DNA of 64,000 nt from positions 10,894,883-10,958,882 of the forward strand of contig CM119269.1 of assembly GCA_051294375.1 (NCBI GenBank). Direction: 5' to 3'. Each line of letters starts with the position of its first letter. Within the stretch, counting starts at the first letter, position 1. Positions 1 to 15,800 of this stretch are shown one piece after another. Both the position numbers and the translations under genes were made by a program. Below the pieces are notes generated by a model, which was given only the letters and a program-made list of their open reading frames with translations, made no database searches and was not told the origin of the DNA. This stretch comes from Paraspadella gotoi (taxonomy: Eukaryota; Animalia; Chaetognatha).

Positions 1-420
1 GGAATTTCTGTCGAAATGATTTCGATTTGGAAAATAATCTTTTTCTCCTTCAAATGCAGTCGTCAAGACCAGCGAAATCTTTCGTTTTGACACCATCCCA
101 ATTCCGATAAGCAAACCCAACTTCTCTCGCATCCAGCGATGAAAGGATCACCATAAACCACCGGGGCAATTATCCTTCACTCATCCTCGCATCACCGATC
201 GACCATCAATCCGATGGAATCGTTCGATCCTTGACTCTCACGCGATTCGCGCCCTCCGACGCAATCCTCCTCTTTTTCCGCCCGATTAACGGCGCCATCA
301 AAATCAGCGAGGCGCCGGCGAAGCGACTAGTAGCGCCACCATCACCCGCCGGGGCCAGGGGGCGTCAATCTCACTTACGAAAGGAGGCTAAATTCTTTTT
401 TGCTTGGGGCGTAAACACTA

Positions 421-551
<131 letters not shown>

Positions 552-1459
552 ATGAAAAAAAAACTAAGATAAAAGAACATCGATCGAGATGCAAAACTGA
601 GAACCTTGATCCTTATTTGAGTTGCCAGCTACTTATTAGCCAAAACCGCAACAACAACTTTTCTTTTTCTCGGGAATCTTTTTTTTTTATCATTCCCCTC
701 ATCTACCCAATCTTTTTCCCCCCACATTCTTTTTCTTTTTATTACTTTCCTTTCAATCCTCGCTCCTTCTTTCCCTCGTCCGTTTCTCCAGACCCCAACA
801 TCTCTGCTTTTACAAATGACTTCAAATCTCTTTGCCCAGATTTCCCCTTCCTTTCCTTCAATCGCTTATACCTTCCCTTACCTTATAATACCCCTTTTTC
901 TTTATCAACCCCATTCTCCTTTCCTAACGTTCCCTTCCTCTTACCCTTCCTTCCCTCCCTACATCTTCTTCGCTTCTATCTTCATTCGGCTTTCCTCTCC
1001 TCTTCTCGTCCATCTTCCCTCTGTCGATTCTCCTAACCTCTTCTTACCCTTTTCCGTTCGCTACCCTCTTCACCCCCTCACCCACCTTCCCTTTTCACTC
1101 CTTTTTTGCACGGTCGTTCTTCGCTCAACTAATTTCTGCCCAAAATAGCCGGCGCTCGATCTCCGGCCTTAAAAGCGCGCCACATTAGCCTTTGACTCGC
1201 TCTCTCTTTTATGCCCACTTTCATTTATTATGTATTTAAAATCCTCCCTGCTTTCGAAGGGCGTCGAGTGTTGACTGGGGGTTGGGGGAGGTGGAGTTTG
1301 GCTGAAATTCCTTATCCGCCTTCTTTCCCGTTCTCCTTTTATTTATTTTTTTTTATCTTTCTGTCAATCTATCTATCGATCTACTATCAATCTAGATATC
1401 TTTCTCTCTTATCTATCTATCAGTCTATCAGTTTATGTACTCATCTATCTATCAATCTG

Positions 1460-1573
<114 letters not shown>

Positions 1574-2072
1574 CGTTGAGTCGTTAAATCCAGGCAACAC
1601 ATGGGGCTGATCAGTTGCTAAGTAACCGAGGCAAAGCCATCTTGTCGATCACTGACCACTGACCATCGTCTAAACAAGATGTCTATATGTATAGACTATA
1701 GTATAGACTATAGTATTGTAGACCATTGATAATTGTGATTCTTTCGGCTAACTTTTTTCCCCTTTATTTTGTATTGATACTTGATCTTTTACCGAACGAC
1801 GAATTGACCAGCCTCTCGACATACATGATTCTTTCGGCTCATTTCCGTTGTTTTTTATGTTCGTTGACGTAATGGTTTGAGGACGATTTAGTTGTCGCCT
1901 CCACCGTGTCGCCGACGACACCGCCGTCTAATTGGCTGCGAGCTATTTTTGTGGTTGTCGAGTTTTAAAACAATGTGTGACCATTACGGGATGAGAACCT
2001 CGTTTTGTCGTTTTTCATAGAAAAAAAGAAAGATAAAGTGGTCCGTAACAANNNNNNNNNNNNNNNNNNNNN

Positions 2073-2107
<35 letters not shown>

Positions 2108-4269
2108 CTTTAATTAAGGTGAGCGACTTTTTCCGTTGAAATCGGCGTCGCGATTCTCGGTCGATGTCCATTAAACTCGCCATCCCTATTGCGTCACGTC
2201 GTGATCCGAGTGAGACGAGCGGAGGCGTGAAAGCGAGAATATGCTGCTGCGGAGGCTGCGGCGGCTTAAGCGGCGGCGGCGAAGCGGTGACAGGCTACGA
2301 CAGGCGATAATTCTCGTCACGATGCTCCGACGGTATTTTGTGTCAGGAGATTCGTATCGTGCGTTCGATCGTCTCCATCATTTTTTTGCTCCAGTTTTAT
2401 CCCGCGATTTCTTTTTCTCTTTTTCTCACTTGAATTTCTCTCCTCATCTGTGTTACGCCATTTTTTTTCGTCTGGAGACTCTTTTTCCTATTTCCTATTT
2501 TCTTATTTGAAAATATTTTCCCCCCGTCATTTTTTTATTCTTTGTCTCACACATCTTCTCTCCACTTCATCTGTTGTATTTTATTTTTTGTTACTTCTGT
2601 CTTTCCTTTTAATTTATACCGTACGTTATATTTTTTCCCTTCATTTTTCCTTACATTTGTTGTATTTCATTTGATATTCATTGTCCCTCAGTTCTACTTC
2701 TCTCTAATATTTTATTTACCATCTTTGTAACGCGATTTCCCTTTTTTTTTTGGTAACACATTTTCTATTTCTTTCTTTCTTTCATTTTTTTTTTGGTATT
2801 TGTCTCTCGATTTTTTTTCCCCATTTGTCTCGTCAGTGTCAAGTGAGAATGACTCGTGATTCGTTCGTCATAATCACGCGCATCATTTATCCCTTTCTCT
2901 TGTGAAAGGTCGTTGCCGCTCCGACCTGCCTTTCCATTCCATCCGCGGAGAAATATTTTATCCGAACGTCGCCATCAAATTCTGGCGGTGTTGCTTGCTG
3001 GCATTCAGTTGTTGTCGCCGCCGTCGCAATCACCGCCACCAATGTGTACCCCCCCCCTTCAATCAGTTCAGAGAGTAAAGAGGTAATGAAATCAGTGGGA
3101 GACGGGAAAAGTTTACCCAAATGGATTAGTTGTAGGAGAAAAAGAGTGTGGGCGTGGCATTTGTTTACTTTTTAGACCTTCGCCGCCTCGAGACGCCTCC
3201 GGTTCCGCCGAGGGCCGGTTTGTATTAACCTTCTACTTTGTCACCTTTGCCCTTCGCATTTACGTAAGGGTGGGATCAGAAAGGTGGGATCCGAAGGTAG
3301 AAAAGAAAGCGGATATTGGAAGCGGAAATGGAAAGATATTGGAAGCGAACAGATAAAGGATAGTTCATTAGTCGGAGATCGGAAGCGGAGTTTGAATGGA
3401 TTGAAAGCGGACATATATAAGTAAATGGAAAGCGAAAATGGGCAGCTTGCATAATTGTTTATAAGAAAAAATAGAAGAGAAGGTCAAAGAGAGTTTTAAA
3501 ATTCGCGAAGATTTGATGCAGAGAAACCGGATTTTGTCAGCACACACTCTCAAAATTAATGTCGTAAAGATTGGTTATCCTGTAATTATTGGTATCATAT
3601 TTGATCAAAATCAATTAGTTTTCGATTTCGACTAGTTAAGTCTTTTATTTTTTTCTCTCTGTTTTAAATCCCGATTCCCTCCAAAAAAACCTTTAGCATT
3701 TACTTTTTTTTCTTTTCGCTTTACCTTCGCCCCACTTTGTTTCCTCCACCTAATCTATCTTCTCATCTTCTTTTTTCACCCCTTTTCCCCTTTTCGCTGG
3801 AATCCGCGTGACAAATGCTCAAATTCACCAATCCTTCCCTCCCGCCTATAATTCGTCGGAAGCAGATTGAAACCTTGAAATTTGCAATTTCGGTGAATTC
3901 TGGAAAATTGCGGAAAGCCGATGTCGTCTGTTTGAGAATGCAAAAACTCACGAACGGTAAGAGTACAACAGTGAAGAAAGGTTTCTCTGGCTTGTTCTTA
4001 CTGTTACTCCTTTTTGACTTTTGACCATTTGTACAATTATTTCCGTAAATGTAACGTTTGTTCTGTCTAGTCTGACGAACACAAATCTTTTAAAATTTAA
4101 ATAAATCTCAATTCACTCGAACGCAATTTTCAACCCCGCGTCTCTGATGGCCCGATCCCAATCCCCCACCCCGGCCGCCCCCTTCATAATCGCCTCTATG
4201 TTTACTCATTCCTTTCCGATCCATTGGCCTGCCTCTTTCCCGGATGCGGCGGCAGCGACTAAGGATTAA

Positions 4270-4435
4270 CCGCCTTCGTGGCAGCTTTGCTGATAGAACA
4301 GAGCGTCCGACTAAGCACCGTAAGGTCTGCGGATCGATTCCTGATTCCGCCGAAATGTTAAACCACTATTATGGACATAAAAAGAATGAAGGGACTGCCC
4401 CGGGTTTCATACCCAGTCGGGTAAGTCGCCTTTAA
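4270..4435 (+). mobile_element. Degenerate tRNA-derived SINE-like element
   Basis: A-box-like TAGAACAGAGCG and B-box-like GGATCGATTCC at tRNA spacing. Confidence 0.35.
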
Positions 4436-5527
4436 ATTTCAGAAACACACGGACCACGCCTCCAACGTGGGTGCGCCTTTCCACGGAAACCACAACAACG
4501 ACGACCCGCTATCGGCGCTGAGAGCGATGAATATTTGAAACCCTTTGCAAGGTCGACGCGTCACGGACAAAATTGGATTCCAATCGGATTTGGAGGAAGA
4601 TCACCCCGGAGACCTCGCGAGCTTGCCGCTTCCGAAACCGTATAAACCAGATTTGAAAGGGGGGGGGCCAAAGGGGGGAGATCGATGTAGTGGATTGTGG
4701 GGGAGATTGAGACTTGGTTTCACATTGAATCGGATAGAGGGGCTGAACTAAATTATGGACTTACATTTCGTTCGTAATCGAATAATTTTGTACTATGATA
4801 TCGAATGTGGGGAAGTAGAGTCATTGTATAAAATGACCGAAATCAATTTAAAAAATAAAACCACTAATGCAGAAAAAAAAGAGATGAAGAAAACCGAAAA
4901 ACTAGACAAATTTAACATTCGATTTCTTCCACGGCGATCATGAGCTTTGATCAAATCCTAGTTCACATCGGGAATGATTTATTCTCCAACAAATAATACA
5001 GACATCAACTCCAAAGTCTAAAACAATAAACAATAAACTGTACAGAGAAACCGGCTGACGACAACCGGGAGAGAGTGGTGGTGACCGGTGATCGGCCAGT
5101 GATTGTGATTGTGTTGATGAACAAAAGAGATAAAATTAAATAATCTCTTTTGTTTGTGTTGTTTTCTTTTAAATAGTAGAAAGACAATTGCACTTTTTTT
5201 ACGTGTAGAAGTAGCATGAGTTGATTACCCCGACGTACGGTTTCCTGTTCATAAAAAGTTAATTAGAAAAGCAGTCACCGTGACCGACAATCGGGATTGA
5301 CCATCGCTCGTGGCAAAGAACAACAACAACAACGATGACCCGAAATACTGCGTGGTAGGGAGCCGAAACTGAACTTCGATTTTTTGAAGCGGTTGCGATA
5401 AAAGGTGTGAGGAAAGCGTTGATGGGAGTGACCGAATTTGAGATGAGTTTCTATGCCAGAAATATTTATGGTATTTAGTATTTACAGATATATATTATCT
5501 ATTTCTTTCTTTCTATCATTCTTTAAC

Positions 5528-5563
<36 letters not shown>

Positions 5564-5565
5564 AA

Positions 5566-6461
5566 GGGGACAGTGGAACAGGGGGGTAAAAAAGCTGAAA
5601 ACATAACGTTTGGAAAACCCTTTAACCATTAAAGCTGGTTCTGAACCTCAAAATAATTTTTTCACTTTATAATCATTTGGGAAAAGTAGTTAAAAAAATT
5701 GATCCAAATAGCGACTTAATTTTCTTTAATAAATCGGGTAAGAAGAAAAATCATTTTGCCAATTTTAAAATTTTTTTTCTAAAAAAGGGTAAGATCTAAT
5801 TTTAAAAAGATTTTCAGCTTTTATACCAAAATTTATAAAGAAAAAAACTAAGAATGAATCAAAATTTAAGGTAATCGACTGATTTTATTTTAAACTTTCT
5901 TTTTAAATGATTCTGTTAATTGAATGAAAGATAAAACTCTTTGAAGTAATATAAATATAAAGAAGAGAAAGATTTTGTACTTTTGCTAAATTTATTTGTT
6001 AATTTGGATCAATATAGTTTAATAATAGATTTAAAGGATGAATATGAATATTAATTAATAATTATTATAGTTTTGTTTCTGTAAGAATAGAATTTAGGTT
6101 TGATTTTTCTGCTTTTAAGTAAATATAAAAATAAAAAGATATTAGTCTTGTAAAAGCCTTTTGTTCAATGAGGCTTAAACCTAAAATTGTAGCTTTGTAC
6201 CGTAAAAAATAAAAAATTTGGAATTTAGTAAAAAATACTTTCTAATGCAAAAATAAAATAAACGGATTATATAAATATTTAGGTAGGGTCAACTAAATGT
6301 TTTTTCATAATTATTAAAATTTTTGTTTTCGCTACAATAAGAGATAGCAATTTTTTTTTGCACTTTCCTGTGCAAGGAAAAATTAATGACTATCACCATT
6401 CAAATTCCTTTTGATGATAGACCCTTAAACTTATCGATATCATTTTTATCACTGGGTCCCC
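5566..6461. mobile_element. MITE flanked by TTAA (Kolobok- or PIF/Harbinger-like)
   Basis: TTAA-GGGGACAGTG ... CACTGGGTCCCC-TTAA imperfect TIRs around an ~0.9 kb very AT-rich block. Confidence 0.65.
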
Positions 6462-7056
6462 TTAATTTTCTTTCAGTATCCTCTATTCTCTTTCCTCTCT
6501 CATATATAGTTCATCTCTCCTTTTTTCTCCCTGTCCTTCTCTCCCTCTCTCTCCCTCTCCCTCCTACATTTATCTCTTTCTCTAGAGGCGATTAGTTGTC
6601 ACTTTATCAGAAAATCCTCTTCGAAGCTGCAAAGGTGCGATATCGGGCGCAAGGTTACATCGAGCTTCGCTCGAAGTTAATTAAAGAAGCATTTTCATAG
6701 AGCATTTATAGTTATAATTAGTAATACAAGCTATGAATAGTTTGTGTTTCAAACGTTCTCCGACGGATTCATCGATGAAACTAATTTTTATTGTCGTTGA
6801 TAAAAACTACTGGGTTGGTCGGTCGGTCGGTTGTTCGGTATGTCTGTCCATCTGTCTATCCCACTTACGTTAAAAAAGCTAACAACTCGGTTAATGCTCC
6901 ATAAATTTAGCTCATATTTGGTTTTATAGAGATTTACGTGTGAAGTCGGATGATCACGTGAAAAATCGATCACAATACCAAAAATTCAATGCGGTTTAAA
7001 TTTGGTTGCTATTTTGTTGATTTTGCCGAACCTCGAATCTGAGCGACAGTAGAGAA

Positions 7057-7796
7057 ATGGCGATGCCATTTCTATTATTTCTTTGTCATGGACGGACGGA
7101 CTCGTGGTCACCGTTAACGGACCGTACTCCCTCGACCACCACACTCGCGGCGCCGAGCACCGGCTACCGCGAGCCCTTCGTCTCCGTGACGGCGCTCCGG
7201 CGTTCACGGCGCTCGTTTACCGGCGCCAAGCGTCGCCACGCCCCATTCCGGCGACGACATCGAGGGACGTTTGGGACGACCTACTTCCGTAACCGCTTCA
7301 CGACGGGAAAGATACCGAAGAGGTATCGACTTATCCCGAGGGTACGTTGACTTTTTTTTTCAAAAAAATATAAAAAAATAAAAGATAAAATTTTAGATGC
7401 AGTGAGAGTCTTTTGAATTAAAACCTTTGTCACGGCATCAATGTTTTTGTTTGCTTTTAGAAATGCACCGTCGATCTTCTTTTTTTTTCTACTTCTACTT
7501 TTTTATTCCCTTCTTTTCGTCTTCCATTATCTGTCCTTTATTCTATACGTTAACCTCTTTTCTTTCCTCCCTTTCCCCCCGTTTTTTCTCTCCATCTTCC
7601 AATTCTTTACTTCCTCCCAACTTCTCCCCTCAGCAATCTATCCCCACATCTTTCCTCAACTTTTGACCTCGAGTCAACTTCTTTCAATCCTCATTCACTT
7701 TTTCGTCAGTCCGTCTTCAACCATGACTTACGATCGACCAAAGACTTTCGTTTTCATCCGGTGACAAGCTTTCAAGAGTTATAAACTGTTCGAGTC

Positions 7797-7840
<44 letters not shown>

Positions 7841-10611
7841 GAAGTACTCGATAATCTTTTTATTTATCTGGACTGTAGGACGCACATTGGCACAAGTTTC
7901 CTCTTCCCTTTCGCAATCCACGGCCCCCCACCCCAGCCCCAATTTCACCGCCTCCATCGTCAAACAATCTGTTTCCTGTTTTTCCTCGTAATTTACGATC
8001 TTTCGTCGCTCCTCATCGGCCCGGTTATCTGCGATGAATTTTCCTCTCTCTCTGGTCTCGGCACGCCGTTGCAATGTTACGCGCGACATCTCGTGGCAAG
8101 GTTGCCGTCTCCATTGCAAGATCCCATTCGGCTTTAGGCCCTCCAGTCACTGTTTGGTGATTTCTACTCTTTTCTTATTTGAGGCAACACTCACATCGAC
8201 GGATATCGCTTCCAACTATTTTCGTCCGACTCGAAACAACAACGACGAAGACGACGACGCTGTGGAAGACGAAAACCAAAATGCTCGAGGCGTCTCTCCC
8301 AGAATCGATATATAACAGTTTTAGGTTCACGTTTTGTTTTAGCTTTACTTCCGTTATTATCATGGAAAACGTCTTACGCGTATTGTCCAATCGACTATGT
8401 ATATTAAAAAGAGCCTATAGCTATTTGAACTTTAACCCCCAAGCAGCAAACCCTTCAACTCTTAATTCTGAACCCGATTTAAATAAACCGCCTTTTCCTT
8501 CCCTCTTCTCCACTCGCCCCCCTCCTCCCTCTCCTCTTTTGCTCAAACCCCTCCGCCTTTTTTTCTAAATCGTTTTTTTTTATTCTCCGATTTAAAGATG
8601 TTTCCTCCCTAATGTTTAGTCGGTGACCTTGAATGACAAAATCGTTACGGTGGGTGAATCCCAAAAAGTTAGAGAGGTTGGCATTTTGAGGCTTTTCGAA
8701 CGCGTAATGTGTATAAAAAAATACGATCGAATATCATTTTTGGATAATTTTTTTTTCCTTAGGTTTGAAAGAGACTGATGCTAATGCTATAAAACTATTA
8801 CGCAAAATGGAAATATTTGTACAACAGCTTGATAAAAAAGCTCAAGGAAGAAACTTCTTTTCTCCACTGAACAATGTCAAATGACTTAAAAACGACAATC
8901 AACACTTTCAACAGCTTACGGGTGCCAATAGACATTTGTCAGTTAAATAGCGCCAGTCGACAATAGCAGCTACTAAACTTTCTTCATTAATTATGAGAAT
9001 CGCTTCGTGTAGTGGAAATACAAGTTGTTGTCGTTAGTTCTATCTAAAAATCCAATGTTATCACCATTTTTTTTTTTTTTTAAGTTTTTTGTTATTAATA
9101 GATGTTAATAGATGTTTCATTACGACAAGATGTTCCACTGAGAACCAGTGGGTAGATTTCCCGAAAACCAGGAAAGGCAGAAATCGTTCCGATGGGAGCT
9201 AAAGAAAATGGCTTGTGGTTTGAGCTGGAGAAAGAACTCTCTCAAAAATGCACTGTGCTTCGAGCTTGAAATTTCTTTAGCGGAGAAACGCGATTCGCTC
9301 GGAGTCTCTTTCCGATCGCAGAGGGGAGCCGAAACCGGACGCCACGGGTGTTCCATCTGTTGCTCTTTTTTTTGTGCAAATTTTATCAGTTTTTTCCCCA
9401 TTTAACCGGTGAAATGAGAAAGTTGGAAATCCAAAATGTTTAAAGTTGTTTATTATTATTGAGAGCTAAAATATTATTGATAAACCTCAATTTTTAAAGG
9501 ATGTAGTATTCTAGTAGATAAGACGTACGTACATTCAAGTTCGCTAATATAATAATCAAAAGAACCAACGATTAACTCGGAGAAACGCAATAAAATAGTG
9601 ATTGCTATACAAAGTGAATTTTAAAAAAAGGTTCAATCGTTTAGATACTCACCCATCTAGTCTTCTTTAAAGTTCTTTAAAATTATTTAGCTTCGCTCCT
9701 GTAGTGGATTCTTTATTTCCAACGCGATTTTTTTTTTCCTTTTGTGTGGTTAAATTTCCTATTTTACTAATGGGTTGTGAATTTTTTGTTGTTTCTATTA
9801 CGAATGTTTTTTTCTATTTTTTGTTGGTGGTTGAGACAGAAGGGAATTCTACTGCGACGAAACTGAGAAGGACGAACGTCAAAAACCTAAGCGCGAGAAT
9901 TCACATGGAACATATTCCTGGGAAGAGAAAAGAAAATTCAAGTGAGAATTTCGATATCGAAAATTTTAAATTAAATGAACAAATTTTTGGCAATAATTTA
10001 TAATTTCCAGTAGCCTTCAAAAATAATCTTTTGATATTTTTTTTTCCCTTTTTGGTTTCTGTTTCTTCTTATCTTTTTTTTTTTCTAAGTCCGAAGGAAG
10101 AGGACAACGTCAATAACAAATATAAAACGAAAAGCAAGAGAAAGAGCCAAAAATAATATTGTTAATGTCAAAACTATTCGCAAGTAAATTGTTTAACTTT
10201 AAGTTTAATTGTCCAACTACCCAGACAATCACACATTGAAGTCAAGCAACTACCTGTTACATCAGCTCTCTGCATTCGCACGCAAACGAGGCGCAAATAC
10301 GAACCAAGCGTCAGACAATCAACCAGAGCCAAGCACAGGCAGAGCCAAGCACAGGCAACAAACTCATACGACGCGAAAGGAAATCACTTCTAGATCGTTT
10401 TTTTGTCGCGGTGGCGTGAGACGACGACGATGACGCGCGTCGCGACGGCGCGCCGGAAATAAGAGCACGCGTCGTCGAAAGCGGAGAAACGCGGGGCGGC
10501 AGGAGGCGGCGGCGGCGAAAGGAGGCGCTAGCTTCGCGTGTGACGTTAATAAGAAACAAGAGACAAAATCGGGAGACGAAGATATAGACGAAATTGTGGA
10601 CGATTGTGAGA

Positions 10612-10648
<37 letters not shown>

Positions 10649-11487
10649 AATTAACGAACAAACATACGGAAACGAGAAATGCTGTTAACTTTAGCTTCAA
10701 CCAAAGAAAAACTCGGACAACCTCGACAATGACGAAAAATTGTCTAAGGAAAAAAAAGGTAACAACAAAACCGACGAAAAAATAGTGCGAAACTGACGAC
10801 AATAACAAGTTGTCGGAAACAGCAAACAAGATCCATACAAAGGAAGTTAATGGAGCCGGCTGTGGTTTCCATGGAAACCGAAAAGGCGTGGCGGCGACGA
10901 CACGACGACAAAGACGATGGAAATGACGACGACGACGAGTTGATAACTTTTCTGTCGAATGTTAATTATTTTGACGTCAATGCTCGCTCGGAATATGATT
11001 ACGTAGATTAAATTAAATGCGAATTTGCGAGACAAATGAATACAGGAAATAATGAAACTTGGAAAAATAAATAATCAGTAAAAATCTTTTCATTTTTTTT
11101 TCAAACTACTTTTCGAAAGTCTTTTTATAAAAATTCGTATTTTTTTTAAAAAATCAGATAATAGGTACATAAATTGACTTTTAGCTAACAATAATTATTT
11201 CAAATAACACCATCGCTGTTTTAGAGCTCAGACATTATATGCAAACCAAATTTTCATCGCTCTATCTCATATGAGGTCCATGTGAGATTGAGATCGTAAA
11301 CAAAACCGAGAATCAGAAATTAAATGAAAAAAGATAAAAGTCGCGAGTTTTCAATCCGATGGACTAAATCTGAAAAGAAACAGAAGAAAGAGAAAAAAAA
11401 ACCAAAACGCGCGAGCATAAAGGGAAATGAAAAGATAAGACGCTTTTAACTCTTATCGTTGGGAAAGCTTTTAATGTTTTCCCTTTT

Positions 11488-11529
<42 letters not shown>

Positions 11530-11849
11530 GTTTTGACGCGCGCGCCAGAACCTTCAATACTCCAAATACTTTATCGATCCATGTGGTTCTGAGTTGTCAA
11601 TTTTATTTCTTTTGTGTTCAGTTATATACTCTTATCTTATATCAAAAAAGATATTTCTCCTTAATTCATAAGTCTAACCAAACAAATCCAGAAATATTAC
11701 CACGTATTAAAAAGAGGGACAGTATTGCGCTCGCAATTGAATTTTTCTCTATTGTTTAAGTATGAGCAACCGTTTATTATGATCATATTCTCTATCGTTC
11801 GTTCTTTCTATCTCTACCTTTCTTTTTCCATCTCAATCGCTCTCTCTTT

Positions 11850-11918
<69 letters not shown>

Positions 11919-12106
11919 CCCTACCTCACCTCTCCCTCTTCTTCCCCATCTTCTCGCGCACCTGATCTCACTTATCCTTCATGGATATTTACTTCCGTCC
12001 AAAGGGGGAATCTTTGCTCATCTCTCATCTCGAGAGGAGAGGGAAAGAGCGAGAGGGAGAGGAGGAAGAGATGAGAGCGATGGAAGGGGAGGGGAAGCAG
12101 CCAGAG

Positions 12107-12172
<66 letters not shown>

Positions 12173-12789
12173 AATCGGTGAAGGCGAGAGAGAAGGAAAA
12201 CTAAAAAGCGCGTTTAAAAATAATAAAAGAATATTTTTTTTTTCAATATAGATTTAACAACAATGGAAAAGCATGTAACTTCATGAGTGGAGGACTGGAG
12301 GGGGAGAAGGCCGGGAGGATAAATATGATATTTTAAAAGGAAAGTTAATAACGGAAAAAGAATGGGAAGAACAAAAGGGAAAGAATAAAAAGGAAAAATT
12401 TCAAAATTGGGAGAAATTTAAAAATCGAGAGAAGAGGAAAAAAAATTGGAAGTTTTAATGAGAAACGGGAGGAAGGAAAAAATGACATCTGATCTCATGT
12501 CGATTCGGTGAAGATAATGAAAGTGTTCACACTCGACGACGTTGTCGTAGTCGTTGTCGTTTTCTTTGTCGTCGTTGTTATCCTCTTCGCCTTTTCATTG
12601 GTAAATAATGCTGGATTGAAATTCTTTGATCTTGATTAATCTTTATCCCAATGATTTTCCGTTTTTATCTCCAATTTTATGTTATTTTCGTAATAAAATC
12701 TTTTTCGTAACGACTCGAGATAGTAGTTTTATGACTTCGATTGTTTCATTGTTCGCGGATACTTTCTCGACGGAGACGACGACGGAGAC

Positions 12790-12820
<31 letters not shown>

Positions 12821-15800
12821 TGAATTGAGTTTGAAACTTTACAAGACGAGAGTGTTTAAAAACATGTCATCTTCCCGTTGAAGTTCGAACGAAAAAAAAA
12901 AGCTAAGCATGGCGATGCCATTTCTATTATTTCTTTCTTTGTCATGGACGGACGGACTCGTGGTCACCGTTAACGGACCGTACTCCCTCGACCACCACAC
13001 TCGCGGGCGCCGAGCACCGGCTACCGCGAGCCCTTCGTCTCCGTGACGGCGCTCCGGCGTTTCACGGCGCTCGTTTACCGGCGCCAAAGCGTCGCACGCC
13101 CCATTCCGGCGACGACATCGAGGGACGTTTGGGACGACCTACTTCCGTAACCGCTTCACGACGGGAAAGATACCGAAGAGGTATCCGACTTATCCCGGAT
13201 GGGTTACGTTTGACTTTTTTTTTCAAAAAAATATAAAAAAATAAAAAGATAAAATTTAGATGCCAGTGAGAGTCTTTTGAATTAAAACCTTTGTCACGGC
13301 ATCAATGTTTTGTTTGCTTTTAGAAATGCACCGTCGATCTTCTTTTTTTTCTACTTCTACTTTTTATTCGCCTTATTTCGTCTCCATTATCTGTCCTTTA
13401 TTCTATACGTAACCACTTTCTTTCTCCCTTTCCCCGTTTTTTTCTCTCCATCTTCCAATTCTTTACTTCCTCCCAACTTCTCCCCTCAGCAATTTCCAAT
13501 CTTTCCTCAACTTTTGACCTCGGAGTCAACTTCTTTAATCCTCATTCACTTTTTCGTCAGTCGTCTTCAACCATGACTTTACATCGACCAAAAAGACTTT
13601 CGTTTTCATCCGGTGACAAGCTTTCAAGAGTACTAAACTGTTCGGTCAGTTTTTTTTTTTTTTTTTTTTTTTAATTGAAGTACTCGATATATCTTTTATT
13701 TATCTGGACTGTAGCGACGCACATTGGCACAAGTTTCCTCCTTCCCTTGCGCAATCACGCCCCCACCCACCCAATTTCACCGCCTCCACGTCAAAAACTG
13801 TTTCCTGTTTCCTGTATTTACGATCTTTCGGTTCCTCTCATCGGCCCGTTATCTGCGATGAATTTTCTCTCTCTCTGGTCTCGGCACGCGTTGCAATGTT
13901 TACGCTCGCGACATCTCGTGGCAAGGTTGCCGTCTCATTGCAAGATCCCATTCGGCTTTTAGCCCTCCAGTCACTGTTTGGTGATTTTCTACTCTTTTCT
14001 TATTTGAGGCAACACTCACATCGACGGATATCGTCCGAACTATTTTCATCCGACTCGAAACAACAACGACGAAGACGACGACGCGTGGAAGACGAAACCA
14101 AAATGCTTCGAGAGTCCTCTCCCAAATCGATATATAACATTTTAGGTTCACGTTTGTTTTACGCTTATTCCGTATTATCATGCGAAAACGCTTACGGCGT
14201 ATTTTCGAATCGACTATGTATATTAAAAAGCCTATAGCTATTTTGACTTTACCCCCAAGCACAAACCTTCAACTCTAATTCTGACCCGATTTTAATAAAC
14301 CGCCTTTTTTCCTTCCTCTCTTCCCACTCGCCCCCCTCCTCCCTCTCCTCTTTGCTCAAAACCCTCCGCTTTTTTCTAATCGTTTTTTTTATTCCTCGAT
14401 TTAAAGATTTTCCGCCTAATGTTTAGTCGTGACTTAGAATGACAAAAATCGTTACGGTGGGTGAATCCCAAAAGTTAGAGAGGTTGGCATTTGAGGCTTT
14501 CGAACGCGTAATGTGTAATAAAAAAATAACGATCGAATATCATTTTTTGGATAATTTTTTTTCCTTAGGTTTGAAAGAGACTGATGCTAATGATAAAACC
14601 TATTACGCAAAATTGGAAATATTGGTACAACAGCTGATTAAAAAAGCTCAAGGAAAGAACTTCTTTTCTCCACGAACAATGTCAAATGACTTTAAAAACG
14701 ACAATCAACATCACGCTTACGGTGTGCAATAGACATTTGTCAGTTAAATAGGCGCCATTCGACAACAGCAGCTACTAAACTTTCTTCATTTAATTAATGA
14801 GAATCGCTTCGTTGTAGTGGAACATTCAAGTTGTTTGTCCGTTAGTTCCAATCCTAAAAATCCAATGTATCACCACATTATTTTTTTTTTTCTTTTTAGT
14901 TTTTTGGTTATTATAGATGTTACAAGATGTTCTCATTACGACAAGAGTGTCACTGAGAACAGTGGGTAAGATTTTCCGAAAAACTACAGAAAGGCAGAAA
15001 TCGTTCCGATGGAGCTAAAGAAAAGCTGTGTGTTGAGCTGGGAGAAAGATACTCTCTTCAAAAAATGCACTGTGCTTCGAGCTTTGAAATTCTTTAGCGG
15101 AGAATACGCGATTCGCTCGGAGTCTCTTTCCGACGCAGAGGGGAGCCGAAACCGGACGCACGGGTGTTCCATCTGTTGCTCTTTTTTTGTGCAACATTTT
15201 ATCAGTTTTTTCCCCATTTTAACCGGTGTAATGAGAAAGTTGGAAATCCAAAATGTTTAAAGTTGTTATTAATTATTGGAGAGCTAAAATATTATTGAAG
15301 AAACCTCAATTTTTAAAGGATGTAGTATTCTAGACATACAGACGTACGTACATTCAAGTTCGCTAATATAATAATCAAAAGAACCAACGATTAACTCGGA
15401 AAACCAATAAAATTAGTGATTGCTATACCAAAGCTGAATTTTTAAAAAAAAGTTCAATCGTTTAGATCCTCACCATCTTAGTCTTTCTTTAGTTCTTTTA
15501 AAATTATTTAGCTTCGTTCCTTGTAGTGGACTTCTTTTCCCAACGGCGATTTTTTTTCCTTTTGTGTGTTAAATTTCCTATTTTACTAATGGTTGTGAAT
15601 CTTTTGTGTTTCTATTACGAATGTTTTTTCTATTATTTTTGTTGGTGGTTGAGACAGAAGGGAATTCTACTGCGACGAAACATGAGAGACCGAAAGTCAA
15701 AAAACCTAAGCGCGGAGAATTCACATGGAACATATTCCTGGGAAGAGAAAAAGAAATTCAAGTGAGAATTTCGATATCGAAAATCTTTAAATAAATGAAC

